Position numbers and translations under genes: made by a program. The notes under the pieces were generated by a model. The model was not told where the DNA came from, made no database searches, and was given only the letters and a program-made list of their open reading frames with translations. Positions 17,311 to 26,491 of a stretch of 64,000 nt of DNA are shown here, piece after piece. The stretch covers positions 3,963 to 67,962 of the forward strand of contig CAYGTV010000004.1 in NCBI GenBank assembly GCA_964353135.1, in the 5' to 3' direction. The DNA is from an uncultured Candidatus Saccharibacteria bacterium. GTDB lineage: Bacteria; Patescibacteriota; Minisyncoccia; Phycocordibacterales; UBA918. Numbering within the stretch: the first letter of the stretch is position 1; the number at the start of each line of letters is the position of its first letter.

Positions 17311-18321
17311 TTAGTTTGAACCGTAGACCTGCTCCAACTTTTCTTTATGTTCTTCGTAGGTTTGTGAACAATAGTAGTCACGTGATCGACTGTGGAAATA
17401 AAAGATACAGTCACTAGCAATGGGATTAAGGGCTGCTACGATCGCCTCGACTGAAGGGTTGGCGATTGGCTGCGGTGGCAAGCCTTTGTTTTGATAGGTA
17501 TTAAATTCGGAATCAATAAATTTGTCTGCCGGGCGCACTGCTGGCCACCAGTTTGGTTCATACGGATTATCAGCCCGAGCGAATTGTAGGCTGGCATCAA
17601 GCTGTAAAGGCATATCGATAAACAATCGATTCCAAATGACGCCTGAAATTTCTCGCATGTTTTGAAAATCACTGGCTTCACGCTCGATAAGCGATGCAAT
17701 AATGAGTGCGTCAGAGAGTGGAACCGTCTCCTCAATTTCTTCTGTATACCTATCCAGCACTGAGTCAGAGAACTCTCGCTCTAGCACCATCATGATGTCT
17801 TCTGGGGACGCTTTGTGGTGAGTGATGTATTGCCCTGGAGGAATAGTTCCTTGGTCAAAATTAAAGGTGTTATCGGTCATGTAGTTGTTAAACGCAACCC
17901 GTTGGCTGGCATCCCAGTGTAGTACATCGCCAATGTTCTCGGTTATTTCTTCGGTGCGTTCCCCAGGCCAAATTACAATAATCCGACTCACTGGGGAGGC
18001 CAGCATTTGAAAGCCGGTATTGGTTTGTAGACGCGCAGTTATCCTCGACCACCACGAGTTTGACTGAAAGTCAGTCTTGGCCAGATATTGCTCGTAGAAA
18101 TCTTCTACTATGAGTTGCTCTGTAATCGTTGCATTTTTAGGGTCAACTCCAATTGGGAAAGGTTCAATGTTGGTGTCGGCAGCCGTCTGAGTTTGGATGG
18201 CAAAATTGTAACTGGCTTGCTGGCTTTGCAATACTACAAGTAGGCTTGCAGCCACTCCAATGCAAACCGACAAGCCGCCAAACAAGCTAATTTTTTTGAC
18301 TATGGAAGTCCCGTATGACAT
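17311..18321 (-). CDS. mltG: endolytic murein transglycosylase MltG (YceG family)
   Basis: N-terminal TM helix and a YceG C-terminal signature (IASLIEREA...NTYQNKGLPPQPIANPSVEAIVAALNP...FYFHS...YCSQTYEEH). Confidence 0.8.
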   Translation of the reverse strand: MSYGTSIVKKISLFGGLSVCIGVAASLLVVLQSQQASYNFAIQTQTAADTNIEPFPIGVDPKNATITEQLIVEDFYEQYLAKTDFQSNSWWSRITARLQTNTGFQMLASPVSRIIVIWPGERTEEITENIGDVLHWDASQRVAFNNYMTDNTFNFDQGTIPPGQYITHHKASPEDIMMVLEREFSDSVLDRYTEEIEETVPLSDALIIASLIEREASDFQNMREISGVIWNRLFIDMPLQLDASLQFARADNPYEPNWWPAVRPADKFIDSEFNTYQNKGLPPQPIANPSVEAIVAALNPIASDCIFYFHSRSRDYYCSQTYEEHKEKLEQVYGSN

Positions 18322-18370
18322 GAGTACTAGTATGCCATGAAATGTACTGTGTGGGTGATATACTGGGTAT

Positions 18371-19000
18371 ATGAAAACTGTAGGAATACTAGCTTTTGGA
18401 GCTTTACTGGTTGTAGCTTTTGGTTACTTTACTATCTTTGGTGGGCCACCAAGTGCACCTATTGAACCAGCAGCAACTGATACTGACATCATTGCAGAAC
18501 AGGTAAGCACTGATCCAGACTCGATTGAACGTGACCAGTTTGCTGGGTCTGGTAGTATCCGCTCCTTGTATAGCCGCGGTGATTCAATCGAGTGTCAGAT
18601 TACCTATATTCCCAACCCACTCGAAGCAGAAATTAGCGGCAATATTTTCATGGCAGACGGGCGAGTGCGCGGAGACTTTGTAGTCCCAGCACCAGACCTC
18701 AATGGTCAGACAGTAGCTTCTATTATCTATGATCAGCCAACCCTCTACATCTGGTCGGAAATAGACGGTGAAACGTTTGGGGTAAAGCAAGTTCAAAATA
18801 GCTTTGCTGGCCTAGGGGACACAGCAGCAGCGATCGATTATGACACCGAGGTACAGTATGACTGTCTGACGTGGCCTCGGGTCGACCAGACTATCTTTCA
18901 ACCACCAACCAATGTTTTGTTTAGCGACGTAGCAGAAATAAACGCCAACATGGAGTTTGGGACGTTGTTTGAAGATGAAAATGGAGAACTGCCGCTCTAG
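18371..19000 (+). CDS. hypothetical membrane-anchored/secreted protein
   Basis: N-terminal TM or signal sequence (ILAFGALLVVAFGYFTIF). No recognisable family. Confidence 0.5.
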   Translation: MKTVGILAFGALLVVAFGYFTIFGGPPSAPIEPAATDTDIIAEQVSTDPDSIERDQFAGSGSIRSLYSRGDSIECQITYIPNPLEAEISGNIFMADGRVRGDFVVPAPDLNGQTVASIIYDQPTLYIWSEIDGETFGVKQVQNSFAGLGDTAAAIDYDTEVQYDCLTWPRVDQTIFQPPTNVLFSDVAEINANMEFGTLFEDENGELPL

Positions 19001-19353
19001 ATTCGACCATTTACCAAGACAAACACAACAATCACGAAAAATATAGCGGCTGTGAGCACTGCCCCGGCTGCCATGTCTTTACTCTTACCGATCATGTCAT
19101 TTTGTTCTGGGTGGATACGGTCCAATGCAGCCTCAAAGGCCGAATTTTGCAGTTCGGTGATCAACATGAGGGTGTATGCCAATAGGACAAACAAAACCTC
19201 CCATTGCGCCAGTGGTTGTAGGTAAAACAGTATTCCAATCACGATTACCCCGATAAAGTAAAACTGGGTACGATAGCTACGGTCGTTAGACAAGGCGTAC
19301 ATGATGCCACGAATCGGGTGTGAGAATTTTGTTGCTATCTTTTTCATTACCAC
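18997..19353 (-). CDS. dgkA: diacylglycerol kinase / undecaprenol kinase family
   Basis: 118 aa with three TM segments and the ELQNSAFEAALDRIH...DMAAGAVL DgkA motif. Confidence 0.8.
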   Translation of the reverse strand: MVMKKIATKFSHPIRGIMYALSNDRSYRTQFYFIGVIVIGILFYLQPLAQWEVLFVLLAYTLMLITELQNSAFEAALDRIHPEQNDMIGKSKDMAAGAVLTAAIFFVIVVFVLVNGRI

Positions 19354-19368
19354 TAGTGTACCAGATTG

Positions 19369-20112
19369 CTAGCTGACCTTGTTGTAGTCTTTTTCGGCGT
19401 AGATTGAGATAGTTCGACGTCGGGCCGCTTTTCCTTTACTGACGTGTTTGTGTGAGCGATAGACCTTGCGGACGATAAACTTTTCTTCGAGGAATTCCAC
19501 CAACTCTGCCTCGGTGTAGACGTGTTCTGCTACTCCCATAACTGGGTGAATATAACTACCTTCTTCGGGTCCAGGGTTATCTTTGATCAAGCGCTCGGTG
19601 TGGAGGTCTTTGTCACGCAAGAATGTTTTCATAAACAAGAATCCGCCTGGCTGCATGATTCGGTACAGCTCGTCGCGCAGGTTGATACGACCCTCCTCAT
19701 CTAAAAAGTGGGATGCCATCATGTCGAGCACCAGTGACTGGGATTCATCAGGAACCGGCAGAGGGGAACCAGCGCTACCTACAAAATAGTGAATGTCTTT
19801 TCCTTTACTTTCACCTTTGGCTTGGGCAATAGCGGCACTCGAGATGTCGACTCCAGCGCCTTTCATGTTGAATTCATTGGCGAGGTAAATGAGGTTTCGG
19901 CCGTTTCCGCAACCAGCATCAAAGGCACTCGCGCCTTGGGCCAACACATCACCACGTCCAAACCGGATCACCCAGCGGGTGAATTTAGTAAGGTCACCAC
20001 TTTCGTTCAATGAAAGCTTGAGGTATTCCGGGTTTGTGTACTCACGATCCCAAAAAGTAGCGCCGTGCACTTTGCGTTTCTTTTTCTTTACAAAATTAGG
20101 TTTCCGCGCCAT
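19369..20112 (-). CDS. class I SAM-dependent methyltransferase
   Basis: Motif I (FDAGCGNGRNLIYLA) and a Rossmann fold. The start is chosen at MARKPNF (20110-20112) rather than at the longer ORF that overlaps the upstream gene. Confidence 0.7.
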   Translation of the reverse strand: MARKPNFVKKKKRKVHGATFWDREYTNPEYLKLSLNESGDLTKFTRWVIRFGRGDVLAQGASAFDAGCGNGRNLIYLANEFNMKGAGVDISSAAIAQAKGESKGKDIHYFVGSAGSPLPVPDESQSLVLDMMASHFLDEEGRINLRDELYRIMQPGGFLFMKTFLRDKDLHTERLIKDNPGPEEGSYIHPVMGVAEHVYTEAELVEFLEEKFIVRKVYRSHKHVSKGKAARRRTISIYAEKDYNKVS

Positions 20113-20143
20113 AGAGGTAGTGATTAGAACACTATAATGACTT

Positions 20144-20701
20144 TTATTCAAGTATTTTATTGAATATTTCTAAAAATAGCTCATCTCCTTGTTGTTGGTT
20201 GCGGTGGTGCTCTGGGTGAAATTGTAGTCCGTATATTGGCTTCTGCCTGTGTTTAAAAGCCGCAATTGCATGGTCAGAGTACGCTAAAGCAATTAGGTCT
20301 GTTCCTAAATTGCTTACTCCGACTCCATGATTTTCATATACGTCGATTGTCTTACCATTAAAAACTGGCGAGTTTTCTGTGAAATTAATTTTAATGGTCC
20401 CAGTGTGCTGCTTATCGAGATTGAAAAGTTCAGAATTAAATGCATGAGCAATGAGTTCATGACCTAGGCAGATACCAATCATTGGCTTTGTTGTCCTTCT
20501 GATCAGCTGTAATTCAGCTACAAATAACTCATCGTTACCGATGACTGGGTATTTACTGCTGCCAGACAAAACAAGGCAACCATAATCATCTGTATTTTGT
20601 TGATGTATCTCACTAAAATTGATCAACTCGACATCTCCGGGAATTAGGTCTTTTAGTTTTTTTGTCAGGGTTGACCCGTTGTCGATTAGTAAAGTTTTCA
20701 T
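20144..20701 (-). CDS. class I glutamine amidotransferase domain protein (standalone)
   Basis: Catalytic triad context (GICLGHE and LQFHPE). 185 aa, AT-rich. Confidence 0.75.
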   Translation of the reverse strand: MKTLLIDNGSTLTKKLKDLIPGDVELINFSEIHQQNTDDYGCLVLSGSSKYPVIGNDELFVAELQLIRRTTKPMIGICLGHELIAHAFNSELFNLDKQHTGTIKINFTENSPVFNGKTIDVYENHGVGVSNLGTDLIALAYSDHAIAAFKHRQKPIYGLQFHPEHHRNQQQGDELFLEIFNKILE

Positions 20702-20702
20702 A

Positions 20703-23381
20703 CTAATACTTCACCAAAAATACGTTAGCAAAAGCTTTGAGGATTTCTACGATGATTACTTGTAATACAAGCCAACCTGCTACGAACAGTAGCCAGTTGG
20801 TTGGTAGGGAGACGATGTCAAATTGAGTCTGGAAAAATGGTAAGTACAGGGTAAGAATCATAAGGGATGATCCGACAACAAATCCGATGTTGAGGAGTTT
20901 GTTTTGCAAGAAGTTGTAGCGCCAGATTGGGCGGGATAGATCAAGGAACGAGTACGCAATCAGTAGGGTGTAGAAACCAAATGAAGTAAATAGCACAGTG
21001 CGGGCGATTTGTTCGCTGACTCCTTGTCCGAGCATGACAAGGTAGAGCGCTAGAAGAAGTCCTGAAATCACAGTTCCAACCCCAATGGTAAGGAACATAA
21101 CGCGTGGGTCAAACAGCGTTTTTCCGGTCGCGTCAGTCTCACGCATCAGTTGGCGATCAAAGGCAAAGGCGATGGCTGGGATACTGCCGGTAAAGAGGTT
21201 GACCCAGATGATCTGTACAGCGGTCAGTGGAAGTGCGACTCCGGCTATGATGGCCCCACCGACGAGCACTAGCTCATCCAGAGCGTTACTCATTAGGTAC
21301 ACAAATACTTTTTTGATGTTAGATAACACTTGTTTGCCTTCTTCGATGGTGGCCACGATTGTGCCAAAATTGTCGTCGAGTAGTACGAGGTCAGCGACAC
21401 TTTTAGCCACATCAGTCCCACTACCAACGGCGATACCAATGTTAGCTGCTTTGAGTGACGGGGCGTCGTTGACGCCGTCACCAGTCATCGCGACGATCTC
21501 GCCTCGCTTTTGATGCAACTTCACAATCCGTAGTTTATCTTTGGGAGTAACGCGGGCAAATATATGGATTGTATCTAGTAGTTCAGTTAGTTCTTCGTCT
21601 GTCATCAGGGCGACCTGGGTACCGGTCAATACATTTTGCTCAGTCACATCAAGTCCGGCTTGTTTAGCGATCGCCAATGCTGTTCCTGGTAAATCGCCCG
21701 TGGCCATAATTACTCTGGTACCAAATTCACCAATTTTCTCTAGTGCAGCTGGGACTTCGGGTCGAATTGGATCGTAAAAACTAAGGATGCCTAGGAACGT
21801 AATGTTCCGCACATCATCAATAGTGATTCCATCATCGCCAGTGCGCGGAGTCAGTAGAGCGATCCCAAGGATTCTTCGCCCCGCGTCACTGTGAGCATGC
21901 ACAGACTGGAGCAAGCGTTCTTTTTCTGGTTCAGATAGTGTCGCTCTCTTGATGAGTACGTCTGGGGCACCGAGAACCACGTGCGGGTCATCAAACTGGC
22001 TGAGGTGTGCTGGTAGGTACCGACTAGGAATCCTGGTGACCGAGAACTTGTATTTAGAAGAAAAAGGAATCCGGATGGCGATCGTGCTACGATCAGATGC
22101 AGTTTGAACGATACCTAGTTTCGCTGCTGCTTTGACAATGTTACCCTCGAGGTCATCCCCACCAATATGCCAATCCTGAGGCGAATCTTCTGGGTTATCA
22201 ATCAGCACATCACATGAACAACGGGCTAGTTGTAGGTAGGCCTTTTGCTCATCATTGTATGGTTCGGTTTGTACCTGGGGGGCGAAATTATCGGCCAGTA
22301 GCTGGGTTGTGCTATCGATGTCTTTGAGCTGCATGTCAGCCTGCGTCAGGGTGCCAGTTTTGTCAGTGATGATAAGGGTGGTTGACCCCAGGGTTTCAGA
22401 TGCTGTTAGGTTGCGGATGATTCCGTTACGCTTGGCGATACGCTCTACTCCAATGGCGAGGATAGCGGTTAGTCCAATCGGGAGAGCCTCTGGTACGGAT
22501 CCAACCAGTACAGCGATCGATAGTAGTAGCATTTCATGGAAATCTTGCCCACTGTTAATTCCGATGAAAAACACGGCGGTAACTAGGATGGACGTCACAA
22601 TAATAATTATCCAGGTTAGTTTACCGAGCGCTTTTTGGAGGGGTGTTTGCTCTGACTCAGTAGCTTGGACCAGTTGTGATAGTTTTCCAATTTCAGTGTT
22701 GCTTCCGGTAGCGGTCACCAGTGCATAGCCTGATCCGCCAAGCGCCAGTGTGCCTGCATACACCATATTAGTTCGATCAGCGAGTGCTGCTTCAATTGTC
22801 AGTCGTCCTGGATCTTTTTCTACTGGAAGTGATTCCCCCGTGAGAATGGCCTCGTCAACGGTAAAGTTTAGTTCACGAATGATCCGAGCATCGGCGGTGA
22901 TTCTACTACCATCGGTTATATGGATCAGATCACCTGGGACCAGCTGTGTCGCGTCAATTTCGATTTCTTGGCCATTTCTGATAACCCGGGTGCGTTCGGT
23001 TATATATGATCGGAGGTTGGCAATAGCTTTCTCTGCCTTGTACTCTTGGATAAAACCGAGCACAGCGTTGACGATGACGGCAAAACTAATGATGGATGCA
23101 TCGAGCCATTCCTGCAAACTAGCTGTCAAAACAATTGCCGCGCATAAAATGAGGATAAGTGGACTGATGAACTGGTGGATTAAAATAGTCGCAATTGATT
23201 TGCCTTCAGCTTCAGCAAATTCATTTGTACCGGCAAGTTTGCGCACAGTGGCCGCGGTCGTATTGGTCAATCCCTTGTCTGAAGAGGTTTTTAATTCAGT
23301 TGCTAAGGCATCAATATCCTTTGTCCACGGGATAGAAACCATCGGGTATTTGTCCATATAATATGATTGTAGCAACATCAC
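20703..23381 (-). CDS. P-type cation-transporting ATPase (type II, Ca2+/Mg2+-like)
   Basis: DKTGTLT phosphorylation motif (ITDKTGTLTQ), MTGDGVNDAPSLKAANIGIAVG and TGES. 892 aa with 10 predicted TM segments. Confidence 0.9.
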   Translation of the reverse strand: MMLLQSYYMDKYPMVSIPWTKDIDALATELKTSSDKGLTNTTAATVRKLAGTNEFAEAEGKSIATILIHQFISPLILILCAAIVLTASLQEWLDASIISFAVIVNAVLGFIQEYKAEKAIANLRSYITERTRVIRNGQEIEIDATQLVPGDLIHITDGSRITADARIIRELNFTVDEAILTGESLPVEKDPGRLTIEAALADRTNMVYAGTLALGGSGYALVTATGSNTEIGKLSQLVQATESEQTPLQKALGKLTWIIIIVTSILVTAVFFIGINSGQDFHEMLLLSIAVLVGSVPEALPIGLTAILAIGVERIAKRNGIIRNLTASETLGSTTLIITDKTGTLTQADMQLKDIDSTTQLLADNFAPQVQTEPYNDEQKAYLQLARCSCDVLIDNPEDSPQDWHIGGDDLEGNIVKAAAKLGIVQTASDRSTIAIRIPFSSKYKFSVTRIPSRYLPAHLSQFDDPHVVLGAPDVLIKRATLSEPEKERLLQSVHAHSDAGRRILGIALLTPRTGDDGITIDDVRNITFLGILSFYDPIRPEVPAALEKIGEFGTRVIMATGDLPGTALAIAKQAGLDVTEQNVLTGTQVALMTDEELTELLDTIHIFARVTPKDKLRIVKLHQKRGEIVAMTGDGVNDAPSLKAANIGIAVGSGTDVAKSVADLVLLDDNFGTIVATIEEGKQVLSNIKKVFVYLMSNALDELVLVGGAIIAGVALPLTAVQIIWVNLFTGSIPAIAFAFDRQLMRETDATGKTLFDPRVMFLTIGVGTVISGLLLALYLVMLGQGVSEQIARTVLFTSFGFYTLLIAYSFLDLSRPIWRYNFLQNKLLNIGFVVGSSLMILTLYLPFFQTQFDIVSLPTNWLLFVAGWLVLQVIIVEILKAFANVFLVKY

Positions 23382-23426
23382 TGCAGTATCGCGTCGGTTT
23401 TATACCTATGATACAATCGAGAACAT

Positions 23427-24122
23427 ATGAAAAATTCATGGCTTATTTTCGGAGGAATTATTGTTTTGCTATTTGTTGGTGCATTTTATATCGCCAGTAC
23501 AGCCGGTGAAGCGAACAATGAAGGGATTGAAGAGATGACACACATCAAAGGTAACCCTGACGCCGAGGTGGTGCTGGTTGAATACAGCGATTTCCAGTGT
23601 CCAGCGTGTCAGGCAATGTACCCGGTGGTGGCAGGTTTACTTGCAGAATATGGTGATCAATTACGATTTGAATACCGACATTTTCCAATTGAACGAATTC
23701 ATCCATACGCAGTCCAGGCAGCAGTAGCAGCTGAAGCAGCGGGTCAGCAAGGTAAGTTTTACGAATTCCATGATGCGCTATTTGATAACCAGCAAACCTG
23801 GGGGCAGAGTCCAGCACCAACTGCATTCTTTCAACAATATGCACAAGAGCTTGAGCTAGACATGGACACATTCCGTCGGCATTCAAATGCGAGTGTTTTA
23901 CGTGACAAGGTTCGTGGACAGCAGCAGCAGGGGTTGGCAGAGGGTGTGACTGGAACTCCAACCATGTTCCTTAATGGTGAACGAATGGTATACGCCACTT
24001 ATGATGAGTTCATCGCTCAAGTGGCAGCTGCAATCGATCCAAGTCTAGCTCCACAACCAGAATCTGAAGATCCAACCGTGGTAGGAGAAACAGCTGGCGA
24101 GCCTGTTCGGTTTGGGATTTAA
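23427..24122 (+). CDS. DsbA-family thiol:disulfide oxidoreductase (second paralog)
   Basis: N-terminal TM helix and a VEYSDFQCPACQ active site. Confidence 0.8.
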   Translation: MKNSWLIFGGIIVLLFVGAFYIASTAGEANNEGIEEMTHIKGNPDAEVVLVEYSDFQCPACQAMYPVVAGLLAEYGDQLRFEYRHFPIERIHPYAVQAAVAAEAAGQQGKFYEFHDALFDNQQTWGQSPAPTAFFQQYAQELELDMDTFRRHSNASVLRDKVRGQQQQGLAEGVTGTPTMFLNGERMVYATYDEFIAQVAAAIDPSLAPQPESEDPTVVGETAGEPVRFGI

Positions 24123-24128
24123 TTACCT

Positions 24129-25382
24129 ATGAAGAATGTCAATGTTGTTTCCGTCACAGGAACAAAAGGGAAAACAACAGTGGTAAATGTACTAGCTGAC
24201 CTTTTAAAAGCGCTTACTAACAAGAAGACTTTGCATGTTACGACCGTAGGTCATTTTGTAGATGGTGAGCAGCAATCAAGTGCGGCAGATTCTTATGCTA
24301 CATGGGGATTGGTGCCAACTGTGTGTCCAGGTAGATATTTGCACGAGTTTTATGGTGCAAAAGAGCCAGGTTTGGCAGTTCTAGAAGCCGCCTTAGGTAG
24401 TAGTGGTTTGCCTGGTTTAGGTTATCAGCGGCATAACATCGGCGTCTTTTTAAACGTATTTTCAGACCACATTAGTGCAACTGGACGGATTAAGACTCAG
24501 GCAGATATTGTTTTGGCTAAAAAATTTGTTTTTACTCATATACGGCCTGGTGGGTGGGCTGTTATAAATGGTGATGATGAACTTGTAATGCAGGCTCGCA
24601 CCTACATTAAAAAGGATGTTCAGCAGATTGTGTTTGGCATTGATTACGATACGAGTGATATCACAGTACCGGTGGTGACGGTGAAACACAATACGGTCGT
24701 GTATGTCCAGATTGGTGGTGATGAGGTTGAAGTTGTTGACCTCGGCGATGTGGTGTGGACTTTTGGTGGCCGGTACCAACCGTCGGTGTATAACTTGTTA
24801 GCTGTGGTGGCATCTATAGTTGCCTATCATGATGGTGTGGTCCCGGATGAACTAGGGCGTCTACTTAGCCAGACACGGCTGGATCCATATGGCGGACGTT
24901 TAACTTTAATGAAAAATAACCAGGGAGTACACGTGATAGCAGATTATGCTCATGAAGAAAAATCTTTAAATGCAGTTGCAGAATTAGCACGACACTACAC
25001 GGCTGGTGACGGAAAAGTCATTGGGGTGTTGCGGCTTGCGTACGATAGAACTGAAAAACATATCCAGGAAACCGCGACTAGTATTGCAGATTCATACGAT
25101 ACTTTCGTTATTTACGACAAGATCGACGGCTATTACCGACAGCCAAATAAAAAGCTGCTTAGTAAAAAGTTTACCCAAGAAGTAGGAAAGATAGCCACTA
25201 GCTTTAGTGATGCTCTGCGATTGTCTGGTAGAAAAGTGGAGTGTATCTATAGAGAGGACCAGGCAATTGCAAGAGCTGCCGAAATAGCTCAGCCAGGTGA
25301 TGTAGTGGTTCACATTGTGAACGACGACATAGAAAGATCTATTAATTGGATCAAAGATTCATTTCAAGCTGACTTTATTTAA
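24129..25382 (+). CDS. Mur-ligase-family protein (central/C-terminal domains only; CphA M-domain/PgsB-like)
   Basis: P-loop VTGTKGKTTV and NVFSDHI (Mur ligase DxH-like). No MurC-F N-terminal domain. 417 aa. Confidence 0.7.
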   Translation: MKNVNVVSVTGTKGKTTVVNVLADLLKALTNKKTLHVTTVGHFVDGEQQSSAADSYATWGLVPTVCPGRYLHEFYGAKEPGLAVLEAALGSSGLPGLGYQRHNIGVFLNVFSDHISATGRIKTQADIVLAKKFVFTHIRPGGWAVINGDDELVMQARTYIKKDVQQIVFGIDYDTSDITVPVVTVKHNTVVYVQIGGDEVEVVDLGDVVWTFGGRYQPSVYNLLAVVASIVAYHDGVVPDELGRLLSQTRLDPYGGRLTLMKNNQGVHVIADYAHEEKSLNAVAELARHYTAGDGKVIGVLRLAYDRTEKHIQETATSIADSYDTFVIYDKIDGYYRQPNKKLLSKKFTQEVGKIATSFSDALRLSGRKVECIYREDQAIARAAEIAQPGDVVVHIVNDDIERSINWIKDSFQADFI

Positions 25383-26328
25383 AGTAGCTGTTTATAATCT
25401 CTTCACCAATCTTCGTTACGATATCTGCTCTTTTATACTTTTCTTTGATGTACATATAGCCAGGATTAGCATTGATTTCTATTATTTTGTACGACCGAAG
25501 GTCACTAAACGCTCCCTCAATAAATACATCAATACCAACTGCTCCAGTGTTGAGTTTCTTGGCTAACGTCAGCGCCCACTTCCTGACACCAGACGGGATA
25601 TTTGTATGATCCGCAACGAAATCATGTGAACCCTTTCTGGTGATGTGGTAGGGTATCTTGAATCCCTTGGTAAGGATAGATTTATTGTTTAGCTTGTGTT
25701 GGTGTAGGTTTTGTGTAAAAAACGCAAGATCTTTATCTTTAGAAATTTGTTTAAATAACTGTTCTGCTGTACTTTGCCCGTCGCCGACAATTGAAGGGAA
25801 CTCCTTTGAGTGCATAAACATAACTTTGTTATTGATCACAAGAATCCTATATTCTATCTGCATCACAATCTCTTGCAGCATAAAGTTGACTTTGGTTGAG
25901 TGTAGTTTACGCACGATTCGCTGTAGCTGCTTATCGTTGGTTATTACCTCGATTCCTTTTCCCTTTAGGCCTGATTCTGGCTTTATGAGGCAGGGATAGT
26001 GGATATTTTTTACCAATGTGTGGCTGACATCGTCAGCACTAGGGTAGTTTAGTGTGGTTATATCAATACTACGGATAGTGTTGTAACCTAGCTGCTGCAA
26101 AATATAATTTGATTGAATTTTGCTGTGGGTTAATACGGCAAACCATCTTGTTGTGTCAGGGTAGAAGCCAATGTTGTTTCCGTTTAATAAACAAAACTTT
26201 TTACCGGCAGTAATTTTCAGCATTTTCTTTTCTGCTCCACCAAGTAATAGCTCAGTTGAAAATCCACTGCGCAAAGCCGCCTGTTTAATTGGGTGTAAAT
26301 GTGATTTTGAACTAATTGTATATTTCAT
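25375..26328 (-). CDS. ATP-grasp ligase (RimK-like)
   Basis: ATP-grasp signature near the C-terminus (KIIEINANPGYMYI) and glycine-rich GLKGKGIEV. It is convergent with the Mur-ligase gene and overlaps it by 8 bp. Confidence 0.7.
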   Translation of the reverse strand: MKYTISSKSHLHPIKQAALRSGFSTELLLGGAEKKMLKITAGKKFCLLNGNNIGFYPDTTRWFAVLTHSKIQSNYILQQLGYNTIRSIDITTLNYPSADDVSHTLVKNIHYPCLIKPESGLKGKGIEVITNDKQLQRIVRKLHSTKVNFMLQEIVMQIEYRILVINNKVMFMHSKEFPSIVGDGQSTAEQLFKQISKDKDLAFFTQNLHQHKLNNKSILTKGFKIPYHITRKGSHDFVADHTNIPSGVRKWALTLAKKLNTGAVGIDVFIEGAFSDLRSYKIIEINANPGYMYIKEKYKRADIVTKIGEEIINSYFK

Positions 26329-26491
26329 AGTAAGAAAAGTTTATAACAGAAATGACGGGTTTCTTGTCAAGTGTTGTATTTTATAAGTTGTGTTGTTAAG
26401 TGTTGATTTGGGTTGGTTTTAGGGTATGCTTTCATGTTGCACGAAGGCAAATGAGGCGTTGACTGCATGAGAATGGCATTTATTTTTAAGA

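Noticed and set aside
21085-23361. Plus-strand ORFs (21085-21513, 22255-22728, 22750-23361) within the P-type ATPase locus
   Set aside because: They are antisense shadow ORFs of an 892-aa gene that carries all the P-type ATPase hallmark motifs.
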